In this document: positions 47,001 to 60,240 of the stretch, piece by piece
Layout: each line of letters begins with the position of its first letter
Numbering within the stretch: position 1 is the stretch's first letter
Origin: Bugula neritina
Lineage: Eukaryota > Animalia > Bryozoa
Assembly: GCA_964035545.1 (NCBI GenBank)
Contig: OZ037768.1
Coordinates: forward strand, 8,402,741-8,466,740
Reading direction: 5' to 3'
DNA: 64,000 nucleotides
Position numbers and translations under genes: made by a program
Notes under the pieces: generated by a model
Database searches by the model: none
The model's input: the letters and a program-made list of their open reading frames with translations, nothing else
What the model was told of the DNA's origin: nothing

Positions 47001-50000
47001 CAGAATAGAAACTAGAAGGCAGTTTTTGTGAAGCATTTTTTTCATTAAAAATGAATTGAGTTTGTTTACTCAAGCTTATTGTAAGACACTAGCTAAAATA
47101 TTTTTATTGATTAATATTACTAAAGATTTGCTGTGTTTTATCAACATATTGCAGTGCAGCCGATAGGAGAGCTTTTTATGAATAAATGGCTCTGTAAACT
47201 ATAATTCTAGATTACTTGAGCTGGGTAATAGTGACTTCATTAATTATTATTTCTCACTACCCAAACGATGCATAAGTAAAGGGAAGATAACTCTTATTTT
47301 CTATTACTCAACTGTACTGAACATTTTGCTAATCCCATACGTTGGTTTAATGATTACCACACTACTATCAGAGTCATATATTTAAGCTTTACATAAAGCA
47401 AACATTTTTTTGTTGCCTGCAGTCTAAAAACTAACATATATTCATAAAAAATGTTTAGACATAGAAAATTTCATTTTGAAGAAGAAACTCAGAATGTCAA
47501 AATAAATGATATACAATCTGAACTTGAACTTAACTTGACCTAAAGAATGACTCATTTTGAAAATGAAAAGAAAATTACTATAATATGATGGCAAACAGAG
47601 GATCGTTAGTGTTCAGCATAATAATAGTAGTGTCAGAAGGCTTGAGAATGTTAATAGAAGTATACCACCTTATTTTAAATTTAGCCAAGCTGACTAAGTA
47701 TCAACAAATATTATTGTAGAATAATCTAATTAGATCAAATACTTGTCTAAGTACCTTATAGCTACAATTTTTTATATTTACTTATAATCTATTAATTTTG
47801 TTTTGCTATCTGTATCATATTATATATTTCTAATAATTTAATTTCTCTTTGCACTTAACATAGTAATTTAACAAAATAATTATAATGATTTTCATCTAGT
47901 ATGGGCTTTTGCAATGTATATTATGAAACTAACCATCCATTATTAAATTTGGAGTTTTGATGAATGTATGTTTTAATAGTTTAATGTAATATTATACTAT
48001 TTGTTGCAGACCTTTCTTTCAAATAAATTGTTCCACTAATTGGAATTATATTGTGATACGAATAAACAGCAGCATTCTAACAAATAAAATTATGACTGTA
48101 ATTGCGTAATAAATTAAGCATTACTTAAAAAGTCAATTTCTTTTGAGGATCCATCAACAGTTCATAAAATGCATTTTCTATTAACAGTTTGGAGTTGTGT
48201 GTTCAACTCTTGCACTGCACCTGCTGACAGGTGTTAAATGCATAATGACTACAAATACGTATTGAACGATGACTAATGGTTTATGCAATTCTGATATGTA
48301 AGCTATAATGTAGTTAACCAAAATTATTTATCTATTTGCTATAAAAATCAAAACATTACATCCTCATGTGATTATTTACACCGCTGTAGCCTATGGAAAT
48401 CTAATATCTCAGGTAGTGCAATACAATGTTTAAAAAATGAGGTTTGGTTTGTGGAAATTTCCACCAGACTTTCCAAAGAACAACTTTGCACTTTTTACAC
48501 CTATTAAGTGTAACTGCAGCTGGTGCTTTTCAGTCATCGCACTGACTAAACACCCTTTGATTTGTATCAGGTGAATACAAATTGGGTTTGAGAACGACTT
48601 ATGATCTAGCTTGCCAACACAATTAGTCTTGTGCTTTCAATCCTCATTAGTTACAAAGAATACAGGTTAGAAATACAATACTGCTAAATTTTGCTTACAT
48701 TGTAAAATAATCAAAGCATAAATTAACTTTTATCTCCTAATGTGGATGCTTCTTTATAAATGCATTACCACACAAAATAATAGCAAGATAACTTATTGAT
48801 GTGGAACACATTTTGTTTAGTTCTTTTGTCATTTTATTGTGAGCTTTACTATTATTATTTCATATAGCTGTACACCAGCCTGGCTATAGCAGCTTCTAGT
48901 GTTTAACTTACTGTCAAACCCCTAAATGGACATTATAATAGTAATTAGCTCTACAACTAGCATTGTAGCTATAAATTGATTATTATACAAACTCTGTTTT
49001 GAAATAAAGTCATGTAACATGAAAATACGCCAATAATCTGAAGCAACTGTTGTTGATGTGGCAGCTTATATTACATCAACAATAGAAACTGAGTGACTTT
49101 ATGCTCTAAATACAAATTAGCATTAAACTCCATAATTATTTCGCAAAGCAAATAAATATTAGGGACTTTAAGTGCAATATTTTATTCTGTAACTTCCTAG
49201 CAATAAATAATTCATACATAACCCAGTGGGAATGTTGACAAAAAGTCAGGTTTCAAAACAAACTATATTACATTGTGTATTAGTCATCATTTAATACACT
49301 ATTGCTAATATAACAATATCAACATGTCAAGGAAATAGTACTATTTTAGGGCAATAGTGAAACTTAGGCCTGTTTTACACCAGCTTAGTGACTTATTTCT
49401 GCACTGGTTGAATTGTATTTAGCATAATGTAGTCATATATTTACTTCTTGATAAGTGTTTAAACTTGAGTGTTGACAAATATTTTTAATTAAGTTGTGTG
49501 AATAAATAACACTAATAATTAGTATAGTATGCTACACCTTAATTACTTTTGATTCTATATGCTGTTGATTACAACTAATACAATATAACGAAGTATATTA
49601 GATAATAGTATATGTACAAGCTGGCTTCATTTTACTTCAATTCGATCAGGCTTGACTTCCATTTCAATTGTTGCTAAGAAAGTTGTCTAACATTATTATG
49701 ATTCACTTCGATATTTGGAAGAACTAAATGATCATCTTTTGTAAATCGTACATAAAAGAAAGCCTTCTATACTCTGCATGAATCATGATGTATAAAAACC
49801 ACAAAGTGTACTGATAAAGTGTTTTTAGCTATAGGTACAATGTTGTCATAGATAACACCCTTTACATGGATTCTCTGGCATATTCTATAGATCCTACGTC
49901 TGGGAAAGTTCAAGGTGCCGTGTCACTCTCTCTCATCATCACCGTGGAAACACAAAGTAGTGAACTTTGTTGCACCTAAACCCTTCTAGCAGTAATACTG

Positions 50001-51657
50001 TTAATTACTTGATACATGAGAGCTGGTCCTCTTTACTTGGCAACTTCAATACTCAAGTTTGTTTACCAAACAAGTTGACAATTGCTTGAATTTTCAACTT
50101 CAATTACCCATAGGAAATGGTATATGGAACTTACAGAATCAATTAAACTCTATCTTGAAAAGTTTACGGATTTGTAATTTATGCATATATGGTAGATTTC
50201 AATTATATTGGAAGAACATTGACATGACATTTCCTAAACATGACAATCACATTTATTCTAATTATATTCCTATCACTCTATAAATAGATCAGCTTAAGAA
50301 CTTTTTGCAGGTTGGTAGGTTTTTTTTCATAGAAATCCTACTAATGCAAGTTGAAGTCCGCATTATACACTTTTTATGTTTTTATACTAAATGGCACACC
50401 CATAATTTACTTGCCAGAATTTGTAAAAGCCAAATAGAAGCAGTGTAAACGCTGGGTTGCTATTTTCTATTTTATGTAACAGAATTTTGGCTGGCTTTAT
50501 GCATATTATTTCTAAAATATTGTTAGATGTTAAATATTAAATCTACATAACAATGCATAACAATGCAAACTCGATCCGTGATACTAACTAAAGGATTAAA
50601 TTATATATTAAAGTGTGCCTAGCAATGTATCAAAAGCTTTGCATTGCTCTAAAAAGCCCTAGTAAATTATATTAATGTTTGTTGAAATAGCTTATTATAC
50701 TTAAGTTTATTCTAAGTTTTTACAAATACTCTGCGTGAATTTATTGATATGACAAAGACCAGAAAATTCATCCCCTCAGTTGCTGTCGCATAGCTGTCAG
50801 CTGTCTTTTCAAGCATAGTAAATTAATCAACAAACTACTAAAATAAGTTTTTCAAAAGTGAAAGTGCAACTTTTTAGGAAAAACTTGATTAATGTAATTC
50901 ACTTTCTATGGCAACCAGCAACCATAGCCAAGGCACAAGTGGATCCTAAAATTATAACCTGAAGGCTGTATCTATATTTTATTTATTACTCTGCTGTGAT
51001 AAAGGCATGTAATCACATCTTAATACTAACACTTGAATGTTTCTAATATCATTCAACACATAATGTGATTATTGTGAATTTCATTCCTTTGTATTTATTT
51101 AAGATGACACAACAAAATAGACCGTTACAAATGAGTACATATATAAATTTACACTCACTGGAATTTTGTATTTTCACCAATAGATTTTACTTATAATATA
51201 CCCATCTCTCTATAATTATCATACTGCAACTTTAAGTGATTATATCATTTAATTTTGACACTTGCAATTATGAATCGTGTTCCAAAAATCACATTGGCCA
51301 GTTGCATTATGAGTAGTTTGTGTTTAGGTGTTGCAATAGAGTGTATGATTATGATTGCACCATCAATAGGCAAAACCATATCGTTTCCTTCCTTGAGTAT
51401 TATATCATTGGCTCAAAGTTAGTAAACCTTATTCTAAGGATATAATGATACGTATACAGTATATGCTTTTGTCACTCCAATTCAAATTAAATTACTGGCA
51501 TGACTAATAGCAGTATGGAAATGAAAACTGACTGCATTGGAAGAATAAATTTTCCCATTTAAAAGTGGAACAGACTGAAGGAAGCAATTCATCATACAAG
51601 TGAAATAAAAGAGTTTTAATCACTACTCTGAGTAATTATTGATCATTTGTTTGTCTT

Positions 51658-51671
51658 GTTGTCATAGCAAC
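51658..51671. promoter_or_regulatory. Candidate RFX X-box
   Basis: GTTGTCATAGCAAC fits the GTHNYYATRRNAAC consensus; related sites at 43650-43664, 49842-49856, 50902-50915. Confidence 0.45.
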
Positions 51672-54600
51672 CACGACTAGCTGTCACAAATACAATAGAA
51701 AATGGTTCTTTTGTGGTTTCTTCATTAAAATTAGAAAATTTAAGACCAGGTCATAAATCCATAGCCGTATAATGTAATTACTTTGTAATTTTGTCTATAA
51801 ATAAAATGTTACACTGACAACTTTCTATGAATATAAATTATTTTGTTACTGGCTTTAGCATAATAACAGATTAGGCATGATTTAAACAATATCACAACAC
51901 AGTAATTACATAAAGATATTATTTAAGTTGATTGATAAGGTGTTGCCTGTTAGTGTTAGAAATCTATTTTTATTATATTGTGAGTATAAATAGAGATAAT
52001 TATTTTGATTACTAATTTATTTTATGACCTACTTGTATTATCTTCGCTCAACAGTTTCAGATGAGTAGGACAATAGGGAAAAACTGTAGTACACCTCGAA
52101 TATGAATTTAGTAACACTTGAAGAGGCAATACTATCTCCATGGAGGAGAATTGTAATAATAACTGCTGCACTATACATAGTATATAGTATATACTATGTA
52201 GTATATACTATATTATATATCATATTTTATATATTATATATTATATAGTATATGGTATATAGTATATAGTATATAATATATGGTATTGCATTGGTAGTAT
52301 AACAAATAAAGATAATTGGGAAACAATATACTAATAAACAAAGAAAAATAAGTCATCTTTTCTAAAAAAAATTATGGAACACCTAAATTAGTAATGAACA
52401 TGACATTGTACACAGCTAGAGATTTCAAATTGCAAATAATTATATTGAAGAATTGAGAAGAAGATAAATTAGAATATCGGCAGCAATATGCACTAAACAG
52501 ATGCCGACCATTGAATTTAGAAAATAATAGACTATTAGTAACATATTATAATAGAATAAAAGTAAAGATGTTTGTAAAACTTGAAGCAAACAAGACTTAA
52601 ATAAACAAGAAAGCTTCTTCTCATAGAAATAATTTTAATAAGCAATTTTTTAAAAGCATTGAGTTTGTGGGTTTACTTCTTTCTTTAATTTATCCAACAT
52701 ATAGTAATAATATAATGCCTTGTAAATAAATACATTATAGCATAATATTATTCCAAAGTTTGATATATTGGGAATACTATAAGCTCCATGCTAAACTGAG
52801 ATGTGTTATTTAAGGTAGCAGTTTAGCATAGCATTCTTAACATCTTGCTGCAGAGGCTTAAAAAGAATTGCAAAAGTTAATTACCACTAAATAGGCAGTA
52901 GAAAAACTATTACTTGCTCATGGATAGCAGCTTTTGCCATTGGCTTTCCTGCAAAGTTTTTTGCCAACAGGAGCCAACAACTGGTTGATTTTTTACTATT
53001 TAACAAAATATTCCCTGGTGGTGCCAAAGTTTCCACATTTCTAAAGAAACAATAAAGAAGCTAAATTTTGCATTGTTTTGTAGCTCCCTTAGGGGTGCCC
53101 CCTACTAAGGTCTACAGTCAATATTTAGTGTAATTTTCCTCAAATTTTCCAACTTAATGTTTTCATCAGCAATTAGTCAACAAAAGTTTGTTTCCTCTCT
53201 TGAATCTTTTGCTACTACAAAGCAATAGCAAACCAAAAATAAACTTCTCCTTGTAAAGGGTTAATCAATATATGATGATGGAGGTTTTGTTCATTGTTGC
53301 TCCAGCAACGTAGCTTTAAATTAAAGGCTGATTTACAGCACATGAGTTTATACAGGTGAAATAATTTGTTTAGATAATCATTTTCATTAGAAAACATCAA
53401 CCCTACTTTGTTTTTTGCTGGTAATTGTTTCAAATAAAGCAAACAGAGATTCCTTTGAGTTTGTATAGGGAGGCTAGCAGTGTTATGGTACAAAACAGAT
53501 CGCCCTATCCAGATAACCTTTCAGGGCTAATTATGTAAATAAGCGTATTTTGCTGAAGTTGATTTCTTTGTTGTACCTTCAATAGACTGCAGTCACTTTA
53601 ATAAAACATCCAACTAAATGTATTATTATATTCAAGGCGATGCTATTATATATATAATTATTAGCTACCCTAGATGAGTAACTTGATCCGATGTAAAGAT
53701 TTTACTGCAACTAATAATATTATAATAGAGGTAGCTAGCTTGTGGTCTCGCTTCACTGCCTTCATCTCACAACTGTCAGGTGTTGGTGATGAATCACCCT
53801 GCCAACAGCTAACGTATACACAATAGACTCGAAGCTGAATCTATCATGATGGAATAATTACGCAGTAGACACCTATTTGCCCAAACACTAGGCTAATATT
53901 TTGGTGCCTAGATAATCTATGCTGCTATAAAGGCAATAAAACCTTTGATATAACGGCTTACCTCGTATGTATAGCCAATAGGCTTCTATCCTTTCTAACA
54001 AAGGCTGACTGATATAAAACTGTTTTTGGCATTGGTCCAAAACCGTTGCCAGATAATTATTATTTATTTTGACATGTTCCGTCTTTTGAAACATAAATGT
54101 GCAAAAAATATTGCCAGAGTGTCTTTTAAATGAATGTTTGCCAAAAAACACCAACAACAGTAGTATTTAGTCACGTGCTATATTCCTAATCTATGAGTAT
54201 ATTCTTAATAACTCTTTAATGTGGGTTAATGTCTTTTTTATTCATTATTGCAAATGTCCATGCAAATAGGAAGAGTAAGATAGCTCAAGTAGGAAGTATT
54301 GAGGTTAGCTGAATATGTTGTAATATTTCGGATGAGTGATATTTTAGCTCCAATATGATCTGTAGGATAATTCTGTCATATACGATAAGCATAACAAGCT
54401 AAGAAATTATCAATTAGATTGATACAATATTGATTGTACAGGATGTTACTTTACATATCATAAGCTAAAGTCACTGCCTAGTTCTAATGATAATAATATT
54501 AATGTCACTAGAAATGGCAAAAAATAATTTCTTTGCTATTTCTATCTGGCACATATCCTTGATGGAAATATTAGCTAAAAATAGTACGTTCTGCAAAATA

Positions 54601-55084
54601 ATAGTTTGATATTTCTCACTCAAACGAAAAATGTCCGAGGTGTATTTTTTGGGTTTGGCAGGCAACATTTACATATTTTCAGTTTTATAAATCTGGAAGA
54701 ATATCTATTATTAAGCATTATTTTCTTTATTACAGTTTTTATACACCACATGAAAGTACAGTTAATCTCGGGAAGGCTGTAACTCGAGAAAATGCCCCCA
54801 GCTGTACACAGCTGCACGCCTCATCTGCGACTACTTTGAAGGTGTTGCAATAGCTGGTATGACTAATATCTAGCTTAGTAATGATAATAATATTAACCTG
54901 AACAGATAAGCCTACACAGTATTAGCATTGGGGCCTACTGCCATAGTTCACGCTGTCTGTCTGTCTGTCTGTCTGTCTGTTGGTGGGTATTAATCATACA
55001 AGGGGATGTTTGACAGCACCTACTTAGTATTCTTATTTCTCTGTGATATTCACCACCAACCACTCTTCTCTGCTTACCCTCCTG

Positions 55085-55259
55085 TAAAAATTCACGTAAG
55101 TTTATAGCCACCATCCCTGTGAGAAACCCCCCCCCCCTGCTAAATCGGGCTAAGGACTCATTCAGATGGGACACAGGAGCACAGTGCTGTTCTTCCTGAC
55201 AGCACCAATGGCCATGACTCCGTGCTTACTAGGCAAATGCTCAAACCCTCAGACCACGG
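55085..55259 (-). mobile_element. tRNA-derived SINE, copy 3, internally deleted
   Basis: Shares ccctgtgagaaacccc, gggctaaggact, cacaggagca, caccaatggcc, ttactaggcaaa, accacgg with copy 2; lacks the B-box segment; diverged TSD ending accctcctgt. Confidence 0.85.
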
Positions 55260-58200
55260 CTGCTCTCTCTGTTCACCCTCCTGTCTCTGTGTTTATTCAT
55301 CTGGAATTACTAAGATTACCAAGTGACCTACAAATGATTGATGCAGACTATTTACTATATTTGACTCCTTGCATTGACATTGCTACGGCATGACAACAGA
55401 AAGTCATCACCTCTATTATTTGCTGATTAGTTACACAAACAGATCAATAAAATTATGGAATATTCTCATGATTTTCAGGTTCTCCAGGGATTCGGCTCAA
55501 TTGTCATTTTATTAAGTTGGGTTCATTATTGAAAATGGTGCTTGAGACAACCCTGAGAAAATTTATCATCCTTTCTTCTCCAATTACTCTTAAACAAAAA
55601 ACTATTGACATTAATCATTATTGGATTACACTGGCTCAATAATCTGCTGCTATTAAACTTTGTATAAAAATCATGTATTTGTTTACTTGTGTCTCAGCAT
55701 TGATATTGTTTGCAACTGGTTGAAACATTATTATAGGTTATAAATAGTTTTTTGGCAATAGGTCAATACTTTTGACTTCAATACACAAATGCATCATTGA
55801 ATACAATAATTTGTGGCATAGGCAATTATACAATGGCATTATTATATTTATTATTCCACCTTGACTTTACTTTCATTTTCAACTTAAAATGTTAACAAAT
55901 AATATAAATTAATAATAATGGCCAATAAGATAAAAGCTGTTGACATGTATTTATAATAATAAACAATGTTATATTAAAAACCAAGGCTGAAAGCAGGCTG
56001 TGGCCATTATTCTGCTTGGAGTTAATTATTTTGACTCTATAATTACAACCCGGGACATTATTAGTGTAGTTTCAATATAAGTTTATTAGTTTAACTTTGA
56101 AATAACTGCTTCATATTCAGTGCTAAGGCGAGTTCAACTTAGTAAAAGCCAAGGTTTAGCTAAACACTTTCCAGCTTATGACTCATGATTATTGATTTGC
56201 CCTTTCATAACTGTACGGCTCACAAAGGCTAATTAACAGCCATATAAACGTAATTGACAGAAAAAAAGTTGAACAATATCTTGGCTTTGATGTTACAGCT
56301 ATTAATTTGTTGCATAACAACAGAAAATTTGAAATGCAAGCGCTGCCGCTGCCCAAGCTCTAGTGTATGTCAATACTCATTCTTCCCAGGTGGCAGTTTA
56401 AGTCTACTGTACTGCTCATTCTGTCCCAATGCAACTGTCATGTCTGCTAACTTATCGTACTTGTTATCAGCTTATATGGCATATTATAGCAGGGATTAGA
56501 TATTTTCTAGAAACCATCATAACAATACAAGTCTCATGGACGCAGTAATTCTGGATATAGCATAGGTATATAAATAATATAGTACAAGTGTCTGGGGGGG
56601 GGGGGGGGGCTGAGTGCTACACCCCATCAATATCACTGCTTCTATATAATAAATCAGTAAAGCTGTAACTGCTTCTAATCATATACTTTACAGGGGTTTT
56701 CTATAGTCTACGCATTATCTTCCTATAATGCTATTAAACAGGTCATTAAAAATTCAGGGATAGCTGTTGCAGATCTTCCCACGGTTCAATAATTAGGCAG
56801 CATTATAACGCAGGTCCCAGTGGTGCCGTAATAGCACTAGAATCACTCTTTATATTTGTATATTGACTTATGATACGCTATTGAGATAATTAATTACTGA
56901 CTAGAAGTTGTAATTTCCCACAATTCTTATCTAAAATCAGCAAGAGTACTGTAAATCAGCAGCCTTAGTATGAGGCTGGCAGCATTAATTCCTCCAACAG
57001 GAAAGTTTTTAATTGTTCCGATACTAGTTCTCACAGATTGAACAAAACATACTGTGACTTAGAACAGTGAGCCTGATTAAACTCTAATTTCTATCCCCTA
57101 TCGCTTTAAAGTTTTAAAAATAGAGCTTTTTGATTCATGATTAAAGTTTGACAGTTGAAATTTAAATAATTTGCATGAGCGTGTTAAAGTAATTAAATAG
57201 GAAACGAGACTTGGTGACTGGCTTATAAGCTGTTTATCTATATTTCGTTATAGCAGACGTGTCACTTATCCCTTTATCTTCTTTTATGAAAAGTAAAATA
57301 CGTGTATGTTTGGGTTGACAGATACAAATGATATATAGCAGGTTGTAATGATTGTTATGTAACCCCATCCAGGGGCCGAAACAAACTCAGAACTTTACCT
57401 CATTACCATAGTGTGTGCTGGCTTATACTGTTTTAGATTATTATAATTATTATAATAAAATCTAAATAAGGGTCCAGTGTTAGTAATTAAAACAATTCGG
57501 CAGTTGAGGTGAATAATATGAATGTATTATATAATCTTTAGTTTGACTGTTGAAGCAAAGCAAAAGTTGAAACAATACAAATTATATTATTACTATTTGT
57601 ATTTAAAAAATATTATTATTTTGCAAGTAGCACTAGATATAAACTATAAAATAATTATAGTGTATTATGTTATATTACATTATGTTATATCATAATACAA
57701 GAAAATGACAACAGATTTTATGCTAAGTGTTATAATAATTTGATCTGTCATTAATTACAGTTCAACAGATTTTAGGGACTAATGTTTTGGCCCAGACAGG
57801 TATTGCATAGTAAGTACCTGCTATACAGCTTTGTATGATAGCGATGAGTCATCTTTTTATTACAGCAGATACCTTGTATTATTGTCAAAGCAGCAGATGG
57901 AGGGCCAGGAATGTTTATAAATTGTTGCAGAATGCATGATGTCAAATACATACAATATTTTAGTTTGGTTTTGAGATTATTGGTCACAATATTAACTTTA
58001 TCAAAACTAGCGCCTACTAATGAGGTTACTATTTATGAGGTATTTAATGTAGCCTTAATTAATTTTAAAATATTAACTTCTATTGTGATGCTAAAGTTTT
58101 TGTAAATATAGAATAACATTTGTGAAGACTAACAGTCACATTATTGAAAAATGTACATGCTATAAACCAAATTAAACTGATTGACTTCATATTGTAACAA

Positions 58201-59909
58201 TAACAGTCCAAAGATGGCCAACTGGAACTTTTAATAATGGTTTGAATTTTCATATTTTAGTAAAAAACAGAGCTATTTGTTACTTTTGGCTATAAATCAC
58301 AGTTCAATATCAAAGTTTTTCAAGTTTTGGAAAATCATACTTTACGTTGAGATATGCTGCATAATTGGAGTCCAAAAAGCAATTGCCTTGAACCAGTAGG
58401 CTTCATTTATGCAGAAAATATAGCAATATTTCCCTAAGGAGATTCCTTTGTTGTTTATATAAAATTTAACCGTCCTATTTGGCTTTAAGTTTTGCTGGAG
58501 TTAAGCAAAAGCACTGTAAACAAAGCTCTGTTGCTTTACTAAAATAAAAATAACATTTTCAAGGAATATGCTTACAAAATTTAGTAATCTGGAAGTTGCA
58601 TTTAAGAAATGTTGTTATATCTAATATACAGTTTTTGAGAAGACAAATGTATTTTAAGAGCTTTGCGGTATGCTACTGAGTGCTGAAAGAAACTCTTTAT
58701 GTTATCTGGTTATACCTGATGTGTAATGATGATGCAACTTGTAGGTAGCTACCCAAATAATATCTTCAACGTTTTAATCTTCACCTGAAGAATAAATGTT
58801 TTTGTTAAAAGGCACAGGTTGCCAATTACGAGTTGAAACTTTTTATTTATAACTGGCTATGTACTTATTGCCTCATAGTAATAGGTGCAATGAATCAACG
58901 TGCCACATTGTCCTCAACAAGAGATAAAGATCTCATTTTCCACCAACACTACTGCGACATACAACTGGATTATATAGCAGCTATTAGTGGTTTCTACCGC
59001 AACGTGGCTTGCTCTAATTAATATTAAGTGTATGTTAGTCTATTAAATAGATATAGGCTGATTTCATGAATCCAAATATCTTGAAAAACAGTTTTGGCTG
59101 CCAAAATCTGCGATACTGGCACTGGATTGCTATATATTTCTGATAATAATTTTATAAAAAAGTAATTAGTATTTTGTTGATATCACAAGGAAAATGAGAT
59201 ACTCAGCGCTATAGCTATCAGCATTAGATAAACAGCATTTTAATAATAGTAGTACCAGATGACATATTTATTGCTTTCTCAGTTTCAATTTATTTCACAG
59301 TATGGAGGCGGGTCAAGCAACTTTACATGTAAGATTTCAAATCTCAAATAAGTCAATCATTTCAATAATGACAAACTTCTGGTTCTGATTTAATACTGTA
59401 ATATCATACAGTATATGCCATAAAGCAGTATATGCCATATGGAGTATAATTATCCTATTTTGTAGTTTGCTATATTATTGTTCTTCAGACCAGACCATAC
59501 CCATCTAATTAACATAATAATGCACACGCATTGAAATTAAGCTGAAACCATGAGCAAGGTGTCAAAAGATATAATTATAGCATGAGGCTGGCCCCTGGAT
59601 CTAAGGGTACAGACTCATGTCTGATAGTGTTTGTTCTACTCTTTAGAACTATTGTAACAGATGAGCTTTTAATGTCTGCAACCACGACTAAACTCTTATA
59701 ATCTAGATAAGTTATCAGATCAGGAACAATGGAAAAGACAGTAAAACTTGTTTGGCTGCCATAATTTTTGTATCTATTTGTTATTTTTGTATACTGTATA
59801 ATATGAATATCCCTAATGCCATGCTTTAACTTAAATATAATATTCAAACTGCAAATACAATTATCTTGGGCAATTGTTCCTGCTTTTAATTATTTCTAAT
59901 AATTTTTTA

Positions 59910-59974
59910 AACACACAAAAAAATGCCTCATATTTATTTTGCTATTTCTATAATAACTATATAGATATTTTATT
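59910..59974 (-). promoter_or_regulatory. Candidate polyadenylation signal for the minus-strand BH3-only transcript
   Basis: Minus strand AATAAA (59974-59969), AATAAA (59938-59933), then TTTTTTTGTGTGTTT U/GU-rich downstream element. Confidence 0.5.
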
Positions 59975-60219
59975 ATAGTAACATAGACACACTCATCAAA
60001 TGAGTTTAGCACCTTCAATTGTTTTAATGGCTTCATAGAATATAAGATTAATATTGAATACTTAATTCATATAATAAAAGGGCAGTCTAACTGACTTATT
60101 GTCATAGCAGTAAGAAGAGTAAAGCTGTTCAACATAAAATAATAACATTTGTACACAACAACAACAATAACATAAATATTATATACATAAATATTAATAT
60201 ATTAATATCGTAATGAGAT

Positions 60220-60240
60220 TGAGATCAGTAGAAAACTGAT
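60220..60240 (-). promoter_or_regulatory. Extended bantam microRNA target site
   Basis: Plus strand TGAGATCA-GTA-GAAAACTGAT, so the minus strand pairs with bantam nt 1-8 and 13-22 (UGAGAUCAUUGUGAAAACUGAUU as recalled for lophotrochozoans). Confidence 0.65.

Noticed and set aside
56594-56609. Poly-G run as a functional G-quadruplex
   Set aside because: Isolated homopolymer, likely a repeat remnant, and its length is unreliable
47000-59900. Short ORFs in the long intergenic region
   Set aside because: AT-rich, no recognisable domains or consistent exon chain found by eye; small or non-coding exons cannot be excluded
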